Below are positions 1-13,990 of a stretch of DNA of 64,000 nt, piece after piece. The DNA is from Eledone cirrhosa (lineage: Eukaryota), in NCBI GenBank assembly GCA_964016885.1, contig OZ024743.1:294748001-294812000 (forward strand). The letters run 5' to 3'. The notes beneath the pieces were generated by a model, which worked only from the letters and a program-made list of their open reading frames with translations, did not search any database and was not told where the DNA came from. The position numbers and the translations under genes were made by a program. Position 1 is the first letter of the stretch, and every line of letters begins with the position of its first letter.

Positions 1-37
1 CAGGGAAAACTGGACGTAAAATGATGATAATGATGAT

Positions 38-69
<32 letters not shown>

Positions 70-302
70 AGTGTACGTTTTTTTATATATATGTGTATAT
101 GTATATATGTATGCGTACATATATATATGTATATATGTATGTGTGTGTAAGTATGCTTTTGTGTTTTTTTGTGTGTGTGTTTGCATGTGTAGTTTTATTT
201 TATTTTATTTTTCCTTTCCTTCTCCCTTCTCCAGCCTCACTTTCATATAGATTGCATTTTTGTTTTTTTTTAATCCAAATTCAATAAACAAACCAGGATT
301 TT

Positions 303-360
303 TTCATTCTGAGGATTGAAAGCAAAACCTTTTGCTTTTAAGAAACCACTGGTAAATGGA
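303..360 (+). ncRNA. Type I hammerhead ribozyme (PLE-type)
   Basis: Stem I TTCATT/AATGGA, core CTGAGGA (309-315), ~12-bp stem II TTGAAAGCAAAA/TTTTGCTTTTAA, GAAA, stem III ACC-ACT-GGT, cleavage triplet GTA. Confidence 0.85.
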
Positions 361-461
361 ATAATTGCCTTATGTTGTTTATTACATAATAATAATTAAG
401 CTCTGTTGCTTACATAGAGCACTCTTTTTTCCTGGACTTTTCCGACGGAATTACTTCATTT

Positions 462-679
<218 letters not shown>

Positions 680-755
680 TACCCACTCTACTACCCTAAG
701 TATTGAGTACTTTGTTGCGTTATGGTCCACCTGGTTCCTTACCACATTTCCTTCG

Positions 756-828
<73 letters not shown>

Positions 829-2580
829 AATGGAATTCCAACTTTGTCTGATTTACTCGTTTTATTTACAATCCTTTAAAATTTATAATGCTATTAGAAT
901 GAAATAGTATGGTAGAATATTAAATGTTAAGTGTTAATTGAACAAGTACGTTCATGCATTCGCAATCTTCAGGTTCCTATTCTGTGGTGACAGTCAAGTT
1001 TGCAATTTTCAACTGTAATGAGATGGGTAAATTTTGTGCCTTATATACAGTGAAAAGTGGCTACAGAATGCTAAATCTTGCAAACTGTATTTCGACCAAT
1101 CGGTGTGTAGTTTCACTGGATTACTAAAGCTGATTGGTTTAGGCGTCACGGTTGGTTGAGCATGTCTAACGATTACTATTTGACGCTATCCAAAGCATCA
1201 ATTGTTTTGCTATTTTTAGAAATGATGAAAATAGCATTTTCTAGTAATCATCACCATCAACATCACTTTCATTATTATAATTGTTGTTGTTGTTGTTAGT
1301 GGTCATAGTCATAGTAGGATTAAAACCCATTATTATTGTTTATTTAGCTTGGGTTGGAATTTATCAATAAAATTCTTTTCTTTGATTTTTCTCTAGATTT
1401 CACTTGGGCTGTGTAATTTGTAGAATGGAAATATTATAAATATTCTCTGACCACATGTTGCTAGATGGTTACTCAGGGGTACCTGACGGACATTTGGGTC
1501 TCTGATTTGCTGTCGGTGTACCCATGCACGTTCCGATAGTGTATTTGCAGTTTGACGGACATTCGAGCATTTAATGCAGTAAATTAGATTTCTGCTTTTG
1601 CAGTTCATATTTGCATTTGGGAATATCTTTCCAGTTTTTGTTGTCATATATTGATCGGTGTGTATGGATTGACATGTGCCACATCAACTATCATTGCATT
1701 TAGATACAGTGAATGATTGGTCTTTATTGTTAAGGTCAAACTTTGATTTTGTTAGTAATTGCTTCTAATTTTTCGGCTGTCTTTTACTATGATCGATCTG
1801 TGATTAAGCCTTTTAATTCATTACTTTGAGCAATGATCGGTAGGTTTGCTTTGGCAGTTTTGAAGATATTCTGGTGACATGGATTGTGTGTCATTATAAA
1901 TGGTATGACCAGTTCCTGGTTTCTTTTTCCTTGGGTTGTCCTAAGTTGTTGTATATTTATTTTTATAGCCCGCTGTATGCCATTTTCTATAAGTAGAGAT
2001 GGGTATTTTTGTTTGAGCAAAAATTCTCTTAGTTCTGTTAGGCGTTTGTTCCTGGTATTCGTATCTTCCACAATGGTACAAATTCTTCTGGTTAGGCAGT
2101 ATGGGATGTTTTGTATCAGGTGGATGGCACGACTTAAAATTCAGATATTGATGGGTGTCTGTGTGTTTATAATATATATCCGTGGTAATGGTGGTGTCGT
2201 TTTTTATTACTATTATATCTAGGAATTGTAATTTGGTACTACTCATCCCTTTTGTGAATTAGAGAGATGGGTGTAGGTTATTCAGGAGGATATTTAACTC
2301 ATCCAGAGTATCTAGAGATTCTGTCCAGATGATGAAACAGTCGTCAAGGTATCTCTTCCAAAATTGTTCAATGTACTTTCTAAAGTCAGTACTATATTCT
2401 TCCTCTATTTCTTGGTAGAGTTGTTGTTCTAAGTATCCCATTACAAAGTTCGGGTAAACGCGAGCAAACTTCGTTCCCATCGCAATGCCTCTAATTTGGA
2501 TGTAATTCTTTCCATTGAAGAATAAAGTGTTGTTTTCCAGAATAAGTTTGACTGCGTCTAATATAAATGACGCTGTGAAT

Positions 2581-2583
<3 letters not shown>
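829..2583 (-). mobile_element. 5'-truncated, frameshifted Penelope-like element (Neptune-like), RT + GIY-YIG
   Basis: Fragments GIAMGTKF...WKRYLDDCFIIW, QFLDI...TDIYYKHTDTHQYL, Cys linker CNDS*CGTC, CKSRNLIYCIKC...LSERAWVHRQQI. Bounded by (TA)n on both sides. Confidence 0.88.
940..976 (-). ncRNA. Minimal hammerhead ribozyme in PLE 3' UTR, one core substitution
   Basis: Minus strand reads GAAC CTGAAGA T-TGC GAAT GCA-T GAAC GTAC TT GTTC. Stem I GAAC/GTTC; GAAA is changed to GAAC. Confidence 0.7.
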
Positions 2584-2634
<51 letters not shown>

Positions 2635-3032
2635 GCACAAGCAAAAAAAATCACAAGAAAAAAACACAGGGAAATAAGTTATAAGCAAATACATTTTTTG
2701 CTTGTTATTTTTTTAGCTTGTGCTTTTTGCTTTTACTTATACCTATTACACTTCCAACCAGTGCTGCCTGTAATTGTATCTTTTCAAACGGAACATCTTT
2801 TTAACTCCTGAATCTCCACATGATGCCTTTGACACTAATAACAACTATGTACCCTAAATGTTCTAAATGATTAGGATTCTAGTAACACGTTTTCTACATT
2901 CCTTATACTCCGATAAACGCAGACTTCCCTCTGGAAGAAACAATTGTCAGCTAATAAATGTTCTAAACTAAAATTTGATCGTTTTAACACTTTGTATGTA
3001 TATATATATATATACCTTATATATATATATAC

Positions 3033-3101
<69 letters not shown>

Positions 3102-3104
<3 letters not shown>

Positions 3105-3693
3105 TTACCCCACCACGTGAGATGGTGGCACTATAGATGCCAGTCTACACACATAAATTCTTCAGACGACAGCAGAAGCATACTAAGGTTGACCTGGTAG
3201 CTGACCTATTAACACCACTACTACTACCAACATAGTAAAGGAGGTCAGCTGTACGTAAACATTATGATAAGAGCAACTATAACAGGCTGACCTGTCTCAG
3301 AATAATTTCTATCGACTTTCGACTGGGGAGTGGTCTGACAACTGACCAATGGGATACGAGCGTGTCCTCTGACGTTGCAATTCGTTTGTTCTAGTTCATA
3401 TGATTCCAGTTCCTCGGAGGCCTAACAACACACCTAGGAGCTGGACACACTTCAACAACTTGTGTACCTGTCTTTTCCACACCAATTCGGACTGCCTGAA
3501 GAGGCTACAGCCAATAATAGCTGTCAGCGAAATATATATAGCAGAGAATTTATAATTTATAATAAACGAGGCCAAATTTTACATGTTTGACTTATTTATT
3601 TTACATTACTCCGGAGTAAACAAACCAACCTGCGTACTTCGCCGAATCCTCCAATATGCATACTTAGGTGTCGGTAAACAACCAACATATACT

Positions 3694-3695
<2 letters not shown>
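3102..3695 (+). mobile_element. Non-coding PLE 3' end/pLTR fragment between (TA)n tracts
   Basis: Unique ~590-bp block bounded by (TA)n, with an intact HHR ~150 nt before its 3' end, as in the other PLEs here. Confidence 0.6.
3492..3544 (+). ncRNA. Type I hammerhead ribozyme
   Basis: CTGC CTGAAGA G-GCT-ACAGC(caataata)GCTGT-C-AGC GAAA TATATA TA GCAG. Perfect stem I; palindromic stem III ATATATAT. Confidence 0.85.
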
Positions 3696-3726
<31 letters not shown>

Positions 3727-3729
<3 letters not shown>

Positions 3730-5947
3730 ATATATTCGAATAAAGTTAAATACATACATAACAACAACATGACAAAATCATCCTAGAATTAATTATAATA
3801 ATAATAAACAATTTAACTTAAACACTAATCCAAACCAGAAAACTAGACCTAGAAATATTATTTGGTACTCTTCTCCATTCTCATTAAGCGTTAAAACACC
3901 TTTAGCAAAGCTTTTCTTTAAAGCACTAGATAAATGTTTTCCTAAAGCCCACAGATACCACTCTATTTTTAACAGACACACTATTAAACTATCCTAATCT
4001 ACTACTATGAACATAGCACAAAATATGAATAGAATCAATAATAGAAACTTAAATTTAAACCCTAACCAAACTAACCAAAATAGCAATAATAATATTTCTA
4101 ACAACAATATTCAGAATAATAGTACCGTTCCGAAGAACAACAAATCCAGAAAATGTAACTGTAGAATTAAATCAAACTTCCCTTTACAAAATAATTGCTT
4201 ATACAAAAACGTAATTTATAAATGCACAGTTAAAACTAGAGACAAAGTATTCAACTATATTGGTGCCAATTCTACAAAATCCAAAGAACGCTGGTATAAC
4301 CATAAACACACATTTACGAGATCCGACAAGAAGTCTTCCACACCACTTTCACATTTAACTTGGAACTTAAAAGACAACAATATAGACTATTCAATATCTT
4401 GGGGAACGATTTCGAAAGCACCTGCATACCGAAATATGGCTTTCTCAAGATACTGTAAGTTGTGTATCGAGGAGATTTTTTATATAATTAACTGTCAAAT
4501 CTCTATTAATCTTAAAAAGAATTATTTTCGACTTGCAGACATCGCCAAAATTCCACTTTCAGAAGTATTTTTAATTTATGATATTCATTACACTTGACTA
4601 TATCTTATACACCTTCAAAATGATCCTATTTTCTTTAAAAATTTAAATGTAAATTTTTTTTAAATGATCTTACTTCTTAATTGTTTAATATTTCTACTAT
4701 TTTTAACTTTTGACATTAATTTGTTTAATATATATTTTTTTATATTTTTACTTCTGTCATTATTTTCCTAATGATACCTCTCTAAATATGTTTTATAGAT
4801 GTAGATTGATAATCTTTAATTGACATTCTGAAAATGTATCCTCTTTACGATAGTTCTTCGAAATGTACATTACGTTTTTCCTCTCCTTTTGATCTTCAAA
4901 TTTTCACACATCTTTCGACTAAAATAATTAATCTCACACGAAATAATATATAATTTTCTCTATATATTTCCTGAGTAAATCATTCATCAAATTTAACGGT
5001 AAACAAACAAGATTGGAGTTATCTTTCTCTTTTCAATCGTGCAAACATAAATATTATATAATATGTACGATAAACTATATAACTTCGCTAAATTTACAAT
5101 ATTCTGAAAACATTTTCAAAGTTGGAACAAAGTATTCGAATCTACAAATTGTTCTCCTCTTACAACTTGAACCACCTGTTTTTTTATGTAAAATGCAAAG
5201 TAAACGCCCTTCGTAACTCATATTAGAAATGTAAACAACTAATAATTGTAAATTATTTCTATTTCTATAATACTTATACATGCACAATTATTAATCTATA
5301 TATATATTTATATACTTATAACCTATTGTAATGTAATAAGATAAAATATACTTACAACCATAATTCTTCATATAATCTAATTGATTATATATACAATATT
5401 ATATCTCATAATATAGCTAAATAAATTTAAATTCTGGATTCATATTCCACCATTCCCCCAATTTGTTAATTCCTTTTAAATTAACGTAAATACAAGCTCT
5501 TCTTCCTTTTTCTCCTTCTTCCAACTCATACATAGACATATCCTAATTATTTAAATTCTGCATAGCGTCTAAAATAACATTTTTTCAGCCCTATACATAA
5601 ATCTCATTTGCATAGCTATCTTAATAATTTGAAATATTTGACTTTTCTTCTCTTATCCCTTCACTATCCAAGGAAAACTTGACCGTTAAGATATCTTTTC
5701 TTGGTTATATCAAAATTTATAAAACAAACTTTGTATTTTATCTGATGAAAGCGTACCAAAGTTTTGGTACACTTGAAATATATATAATAGAATAAATATT
5801 TATAAATTTAACTTTATAAATATAGTTTCCATTTATTTAATATCATTGAATATTATACTCCAGAAAATCTGTCCGGTGCACTGAATCAGTTATAAACATT
5901 TATATTTGTTGAATTACCAACAAACAACAAATTGAATATCCCTTTTG

Positions 5948-5949
<2 letters not shown>
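3727..5949 (+). mobile_element. 5'-truncated Naiad-like PLE (RT C-terminus, GIY-YIG endonuclease, long 3' UTR)
   Basis: RNIIWYSSPFSLSVKT...IFNRHTIKLS; ORF 4007-4597 KCNCR...PLQNNCL..NVIYKC...YIG...KERWYNHKHTF...CKLCIEE. HHR near the 3' end; ends in (TA)n. Confidence 0.85.
5736..5792 (+). ncRNA. Type I hammerhead ribozyme at Naiad-like PLE 3' end
   Basis: TTTTAT CTGATGA AAGCGTACCAAA-GT-TTTGGTACACTT GAAA TATATA TA ATAGAA. Confidence 0.85.
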
Positions 5950-6015
<66 letters not shown>

Positions 6016-6142
6016 TGAATGTATATATAGTGTATTTTGTAATACACTTTATGCTTAATTAAAAGCATTTTGAAGACCATACGCTATTGTTTTAAAATAG
6101 TGACAATGTCACTTATTTAAATTTTCAGCAAACAGGGGAGAT

Positions 6143-6189
6143 AAATTGACAGATCTCTGTTTCGTACTTTTTGGTACTTATCAACGCTC
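6143..6189 (-). ncRNA. Hammerhead ribozyme, U3-A8 variant (mirror copy)
   Basis: Minus strand reads TTGATAA GTACCAAAAAGTAC GAAAC AGAGATCT GTC; stem I is weakened. Confidence 0.7.
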
Positions 6190-6248
6190 CCTACTCCACC
6201 TGTTTTCTGAAAATTATGTGTGTTGGATTCTTATACAGGAGGAGTAGT

Positions 6249-6295
6249 GAGCTTTGATAAGTACCAAAAAGTACGAAACTGAGCTCTGTCAGTTT
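6249..6295 (+). ncRNA. Hammerhead ribozyme, U3-A8 core variant
   Basis: GAGCT TTGATAA GTAC-caaaaa-GTAC GAAAC TGAGCTCT GTC AGTTT. Confidence 0.78.
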
Positions 6296-6476
6296 ATCTC
6301 CCCTGTGTGCTGAAAATTTAAATAAGTGACATTGTCACTATTTTAAAACAATAGCGGATGGTCTTCAAAATGCTTTTAATTAAGCATACAGTGTATTGCA
6401 AAATACACTATATATACATTCATATATATATCGGTATTTCAGAACACCAATTCTAATTTATATATATATATATATA

Positions 6477-8118
6477 AGCGACTCCGTAATTAAGTGGTTT
6501 AACTCCTTAAAATAAAAAAAGCGAAGTTCACACAGTTTGACATTGTCGATTTTTACCCGTCGATCTCAGAGACACTGTTAAACAAAGCGTTGGACTTCGC
6601 TACCACTTATACCACCGTCGATGGTTTAGACAGGGAAATCATCGCTCACTGCCTGAAAACGCTCCTCTTCAACGACGGAGTAGCCTGGGCAAAGAAGTCT
6701 ACATCTTCAGACCAGTTCGACATCTCCATGGGATCGTTTGACAGTGCTGACGTATGTGACTTGGTTGGCCTTTTTATCTTAGACATATTACGTGTTAGAT
6801 TCCCGGACTTCCACACGGGAATATACCGTGACGATGACTAAAAGTGGTCACGACCTCGACCGGTTTAAAAAAGACTTAGCTTCTACCTTCAATGAGTTAG
6901 GTCTTAGGATAACAGTAGCCACCAACCTCTCTAGCGTGGATTTCTTAGACATTAATTTAGACCTTCGCACACACACCCACAGACTCTTCCATAAGCTAAA
7001 CGAGAAACTTAATTAGATTCACTGTTTTTAGAAACTTCGTTAAGAATATCAGTACTAGAACCTCAAACCTCTCCTCTAATAAGGCTATCTTTAACAGAGC
7101 GGCACCCTACTATAACACGGCGTTGGCTAACAGCGGCTTCTCACAACCTATCACCTACTCTCCCACTAGCAACAACACCATTAAAAAAAGTAAGCGCATC
7201 AATAGACAAACTATCTGCTTCTCTCTTCCCTTCTCACTCAACGTTAAAACCAATGTAGGAAAAAAATGTCTAGCCCTCTTAGATAGACACTTCCCTATAG
7301 GTCATAAATACCGCACCACCTGTATCCGACACGAAGTTAAACTAGGATACTCCTGCGCTAAGAATATGAAGGCCCACATCACCAGCAGCCCTAGGAGCAA
7401 CACCCCACCAGGGTGCTCTTGCCGTAAGCCTGAAGCTTGCCCCTTCAACAACAATGCAACACACCAGCTGTAATTTATGAAGCTATGGTCACTTCCAACC
7501 GGCCAAACCAACCACAGGAGGTCAAATCCTATGTGGGCATGGTGGAGGGCCGATTCAAGGAGCGTTTCCTGACCCACCACTCTACCTTCAGATACCCGGA
7601 CAAACGTTCATCCACAAAACTCGCGAGCCACGTATGGTCCCCCAAAGACTCAAGTATAGGGTACTCCATTCAATGGAAAGCCATCACTAAGTCCAAGCCA
7701 TACGCAAGGGGAAATCCGACGTGAGGCTTATGTATTGACGAAAGAATAACTATCCTAAAGAGTTATCGCAATAGTGATTGCCTAAACACGAGAAGTGAAT
7801 TTTTCAAACGTTGTCCACACGTCACCTAACATATATTGCATAACTACAAGGCTCCGGACTGATTCTTTGTAATTTTTATTTTTTATTTTTTTATTTTTAT
7901 TTTATTTTCAACCAAAAAACTTTCCGGACTTTCGCAGTTATCTCCCTTACACCCCCCTCACGCAGTCTACTATTGCATGTGTGAAATGACCGAGTTTTTG
8001 CGCATGCGCGTTCGTACGGTTGTCCTTCCTGTTCCTATAACCATATACATCCCGAGCTGAAGATCCGCGAATGTGAAACAATTGTTCTCGGTATGGTGAA
8101 CTAACTGTTGTGTAACAA

Positions 8119-8120
<2 letters not shown>
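6477..8120 (+). mobile_element. 5'-truncated, decayed Naiad-like PLE (RT + GIY-YIG)
   Basis: QFDIVDFYPSISE, DISMGSFDSADVCDLVG, GIYRDD, VDFLDINLDL, CSCRKPEACP, VIYEA...YVGMVEGRFKERFLTH, *GLCIDE, LNTRSE..KRCPH. Ends in (TA)n. Confidence 0.9.
8052..8091 (+). ncRNA. Minimal hammerhead ribozyme at Naiad-like 3' end
   Basis: CCGAG CTGAAGA tccgcgaatgt GAAAC AATT GTT CTCGG. Perfect stem I (extendable CCATA/TATGG), palindromic stem III ACAATTGT, weak stem II. Confidence 0.75.
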
Positions 8121-8169
<49 letters not shown>

Positions 8170-8170
<1 letters not shown>

Positions 8171-8330
8171 TTTATCCCGGGTTCAATCGGGGGTACCAAA
8201 GTAAGTAAGGTACTCGATACATAGCAGAGTGTAAATATGTATTATAGAAATGGCTTCTACAAGACTAAAACTGTTTCAATCGGGAGAAATCATCCCCGAA
8301 TGAAACAGTTCTAGTCCCGTATAAGCCATT

Positions 8331-8331
<1 letters not shown>
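8170..8331 (-). mobile_element. PLE 3' terminus fragment with short fold-back through a truncated HHR
   Basis: Same family as 37155-37605. Palindrome 8248-8331 has GAAACAGTT(C/T)TAGTC on both strands. Confidence 0.7.
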
Positions 8332-8395
<64 letters not shown>

Positions 8396-8429
8396 GTATA
8401 CGTATATATATACATATATATATATATAC

Positions 8430-8576
<147 letters not shown>

Positions 8577-8611
8577 TATATATGTATGTATATATATATA
8601 TATATATATAT

Positions 8612-8710
8612 TAAAATAACAGATTAAAGTTTAAGCAATGAATCGCTGCTTTCACCCTTAACGGGATTTTCTGAAACTAACAAAGTCAATCTGTGAACGC
8701 AGAAGTGAAT
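8612..8710 (+). repeat. Dispersed repeat, unclassified family
   Basis: Similar copies at ~49350-49530 (+), ~56115-56285 (-) and partially ~10183-10240. Confidence 0.7.
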
Positions 8711-8756
8711 GGTTCAAAACACGTTGCAACCGGGGGAAGACAGGAAGACGATATTT

Positions 8757-9042
8757 TGGTTCGTGGAAACGTTCCCTGGCAAAGAACGGAAAAAAACGAA
8801 TATAATACGTCATCATTTGGAGCAGTGAAAAACAATTACACGCAAAGACAAAACCACGATTATGGTATTAAAGAAGTCGTAGACTAATATTCTATTAGGT
8901 CTGTTCATAGAGACGTTCTCTGGCAATGACCGGAAAAAACGAAGATAATACGTCATATGTGGAGCGGGGAGAACAATTGCACGCAAAGACAAAACCACGT
9001 AAATGGTATAACTGAAGTCGTAGACTAAAATTCTAACTAGGA
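8757..9042 (+). repeat. Diverged tandem duplication, ~145-bp unit x2
   Basis: Blocks ATAATACGTCAT...CACGCAAAGACAAAACCACG...GAAGTCGTAGACTAA occur twice. Confidence 0.75.
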
Positions 9043-9952
9043 AACCGAATGATTCTCGGCTTCAGAGTTAAGAATAAAGTAAATAAAATACAGAGGTAAT
9101 TGAAATAAATAAATACATACACGCATCCAAATACCTACATACACAAGCATACGCGAAAACACTCGCCATAGGTATATACAAATACACGCACGTACACACA
9201 CACAATAAAAGAAACACACATACAGAACCCAAGCAACGCCTGTACCCGCGCAACGCCTGTACCCGAAAAGATATATATATATATATATATATATATATCA
9301 TAAAACATGTCAATAGAATCACAAGATAAAATATATACCATTTCCTCTCCCAATTAGCATAATTAACTATATAAAAAATCGAATAGACCAGGCTATAAGA
9401 ATGAGGCTTCTATGAAGAAATCTTTGACAAATGACCGAAACTAGTCCTTCGCGTCGGCCGCAACGGAATATTTATCGAATATTTCGACAGCGTAATCGCC
9501 CAGATACAGTCAACTAAACAGAATTAGGTGTAAAATAAACTAGGAGAAAATAGAATACATTTAAATACCTCTACCATGGTTTCATCCCTATTTTGAGTTT
9601 TCCAATAATTATGTAATAATTATATAAACTCGAGCACCGGATTCATCAGGAAGTTTGCCCTTATCTCGACACTAAATTTTCCAAAGTGATCGCGCCAAGA
9701 ATTTATTCAAAATTGCTAAAAATCGTGACGTAGCCGCGGTCAGGTTGGAAGTTGTGAGGTAGGTGCTTACGACTGGTGGCATTTTTGCTAGAAAGCACAG
9801 CACAATACAGCCAAATTTGTATCTCAACCTAATGGGAAATTATTACATATAAAAGTTTACATATATATATATATACATATATATACATATACGTGTTTTG
9901 CGACGCGTCACTTTGTGGCTCAATAAAAAATTAATACATTAAATAATCAGAG

Positions 9953-10004
<52 letters not shown>

Positions 10005-10475
10005 GTATATATATATGTACGTATATATATATATGTACGTATATATATATGTGTACGTATATATGTATATATATGTACGTATATATATATGTGTACGTAT
10101 ATATGTATATATATGTATGTATATATGTATATATATACGTATATATGTATATAAATATATACATATATATATATACATTATTTGTACAGATTAATGTGTA
10201 AGCAAAGAATCGCAGCTTTCACCCTTTTACGGGATCTGATGTATATATATATATATCAACCTTTTTGTATTTTTCGTTTTTGCTGTATAAGTTATAAGTA
10301 CGGCCATTGCATTCGGTCGTTATTCTTGATGTCACACTTTATAACTGTGTTGTGTTTTATTCTGAACGATAATGGTTAGCTTCTTGATCCATTGAGTGCT
10401 ATGTGTTTGACTCAAAGAAATCGATTAGTACCTGTTATATGGCCATTACAACTTCGACTCATGCCCACTATTATA

Positions 10476-10517
<42 letters not shown>

Positions 10518-10523
10518 CAGAAG

Positions 10524-10594
<71 letters not shown>

Positions 10595-10604
10595 AGCAGA
10601 AGGG

Positions 10605-10801
<197 letters not shown>

Positions 10802-11457
10802 TTCCTGAAGGCATATATCATTGCTAACTTTGAACACGAATAACGGTTCATCGTTTTTTCATCAGCTTCAAAATTGTATTACTTAAGCTGTGTGGTCTAA
10901 TCTATCATGTTTTCCATTTCGTTATTATATAGACAAGGGAGATACATGAAGGTAAACACGGCAGCGCACACATAGACACAAGCTGATGCAAACACGCACA
11001 CACACAAACAAGGACACACACACACAAACATATACATTCATATTCATCTACACAAATACACATACTCAAGCATACTAAACAGTCATGAACAGGCATAATA
11101 ACAGACACTCACATTCAACCACAACTACCCACTCACATGCGCAGACATATGCATATTCACGTACGCATATTCACGTACATAGATATAGTCAGTCATAAAC
11201 ACATAATCATGTACAGGTAGACACAGTCAGACATAACGGAGATTATACGGACATACATATATTCACTCCCACACTTAAACTCACATAAAAATTCTCGCCC
11301 TTTTCAATTTTTCATTTTCTCTCCCTTTTTATTACTTTTCGATTCTTTCGTTCTTTGTTTTCTTTCTTTCTTTATGTCTTTCATTCATTCTTTCATTCAT
11401 TCTTTGTTTGTTTCTTTCTTTCCTTATTCATTTCTTTGTTTCTTTATTTCTTGCTTG

Positions 11458-11524
<67 letters not shown>

Positions 11525-11640
11525 GCTTTCTTTCTTTCCCTCCTTCTTTCTACACTTAATTCCTGTGATGCATTCCCCGTTTCACTTCCCTTCAATTCTC
11601 TCTACCTCTCCGTCTCTCAGTCTCCTTCACATATATCTAC

Positions 11641-11674
<34 letters not shown>

Positions 11675-12082
11675 ATTTCTGTGAGTCTGTGTCCGTGTTT
11701 GTGTGTGTATGTGTCTTATATATATTTTGCTGCCATTTCTGTCTAGTTTTCTCCTTCCTTTTTTTTTCCTACTGTTCGTTTTTCTTCTCTTTATTACTGA
11801 ATCAGAGTTTCCTATATGTTATAATTCAGTTATCCATCAACTGGTTGCAGACATGTTTCTCTGCATCATGTGACAAGCTATGCATTTCAGGAGGCTATTC
11901 GACGCGTGACGCCATTATTCGTAAGGCATCAACTTGAAGAACATCACTGAGTGATATGAATTATACATTATCTAATATTTGGTAAGCATAAATCAGTTAA
12001 GATTCTTCTCGTTCATCAACGACCAGTGAGCAACATAGAGTAACCCTATGCGTAAAATTTGAGATGATATTCTTTGCAATAA

Positions 12083-12137
<55 letters not shown>

Positions 12138-12189
12138 CATGATTATATATATATGTATGTGTATATATATATGCATATATATATACATT

Positions 12190-12303
<114 letters not shown>

Positions 12304-12401
12304 TATATATATATATATACATATATATACACATATATGTATATATATATTTATATGTGTATATATATGTAAATATAGATATATGTATATATAGATATAT
12401 G

Positions 12402-12455
<54 letters not shown>

Positions 12456-12666
12456 ATATATATTTATGCAGAAATACATGTGTGTGTGTGTGCGTATTCA
12501 TGTTGATGCGTTTCGAAAGCCAATTTTTTGTTGCAACAATGCATGCCAGCACAGAAATACATGCACTCCTCGAGATTACATACGAATATAAACATACGCT
12601 TCCATATACACTGAATTTGATAAATGGACTAGGCTATACACTTGGGAATGAAAATGCATGCGTATG

Positions 12667-12741
<75 letters not shown>

Positions 12742-12863
12742 TATATATGCTAACATCTTCATATATGTAGGGTTATGAAGAAAATACGAGAGGTGAAGAA
12801 AATAAATCAGGAAATGATTACAATATAATGCGCGCGTATATATATACATATGTTTGTGTGTGT

Positions 12864-12933
<70 letters not shown>

Positions 12934-13266
12934 CTGTATGTGTGTGTGTATGTGTGTGTGTGCATGTATGTGTAAGTGTGTTCGTGTATTTCTACACACA
13001 TATATCTTAGCAATATAACTTACCAAGAAACTTTATCTCATGCGTTTACATCACTGTCATCAGGATAAGTTCATAATTTCAAATATTTATAAGATGTTAT
13101 CAACGCCGAATCTTCTCTATGAAAGTAGATATGTGTGCATATATTCATTATAAATCTACATCTAAATATACATCTAAAGATATATACAGACAAGTTGTCA
13201 ATTTTGGACTCAGCTAAATATATTCATATATATATATATATATACATATATACACACACACGCACA

Positions 13267-13385
<119 letters not shown>

Positions 13386-13725
13386 TTATATATATATATA
13401 TGGAGAGAGAGGTGGGGGGATGAGGTAGATAGATCGATAGCTAGATAGAGAAATAGTTATATGAACACATAGATAGAAATCATAAATAGATAGGAATCGA
13501 TGTGTACAAAAATGAAGAACAATGAATAGAAGAATAGCTAAAACGAAACGTGTGTGACAAAAACAATAAGATTTATGGGGATTTTCTTGTTGTTCTCTAT
13601 TGAATTATTTAGTTTCTTGACAGAAATCAAGCAGGTAACAAAGCGACAAGAGATCTTCGTTTGAGGGAAGATATTTTGTGAATATACCAGTGAGTTATTG
13701 TGTGCGTATATGAATGTTATAGGGG

Positions 13726-13788
<63 letters not shown>

Positions 13789-13798
13789 ATATATATAT

Positions 13799-13990
13799 AT
13801 AACGTACCTGTAACATACACACACACAATGAATAACCATATATATTCGTGTATCAAATAGGAATATACATCCATTTCATCAGATGCATGTACATCCATAA
13901 ACATGCATCTGATGTAATGGATGTATATGCCTATTTGATACACGAATATATATGGTTATTCATTGTGTGTGTATGTTATAGGTACGTTAT
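13799..13990. repeat. Fold-back palindrome (~92-bp arms, 10-bp spacer) next to (TA)n
   Basis: 13799-13890 is the reverse complement of 13901-13990. CTGATGA (minus) and CTGATGT (plus) lie near the centre, but there is no convincing GAAA half. Confidence 0.85.

Larger units (their letters stand above)
6011..6430. mobile_element. Fold-back element: head-to-head inverted pLTR-like arms (~193 bp, ~32-bp spacer), one HHR per arm
   Basis: 6011-6203 is the near-perfect reverse complement of 6236-6430. Flanked by TA repeats. Confidence 0.85.

Noticed and set aside
1680-1700. In-frame TGA in the Cys linker (CNDS*CGTC) as possible selenocysteine
   Set aside because: It sits next to, not at, a conserved Cys; most simply a CGA-to-TGA CpG mutation in a decayed copy.
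8757-9042. Repeat array considered as CRISPR-like
   Set aside because: Only two long diverged units with no unique spacers, in a eukaryotic context with no cas genes.
9405-9660. HHR-like pieces (GAAACTAGTC near 9438; CTGATGA on minus near 9645)
   Set aside because: No consistent partner core half or stem I could be formed.
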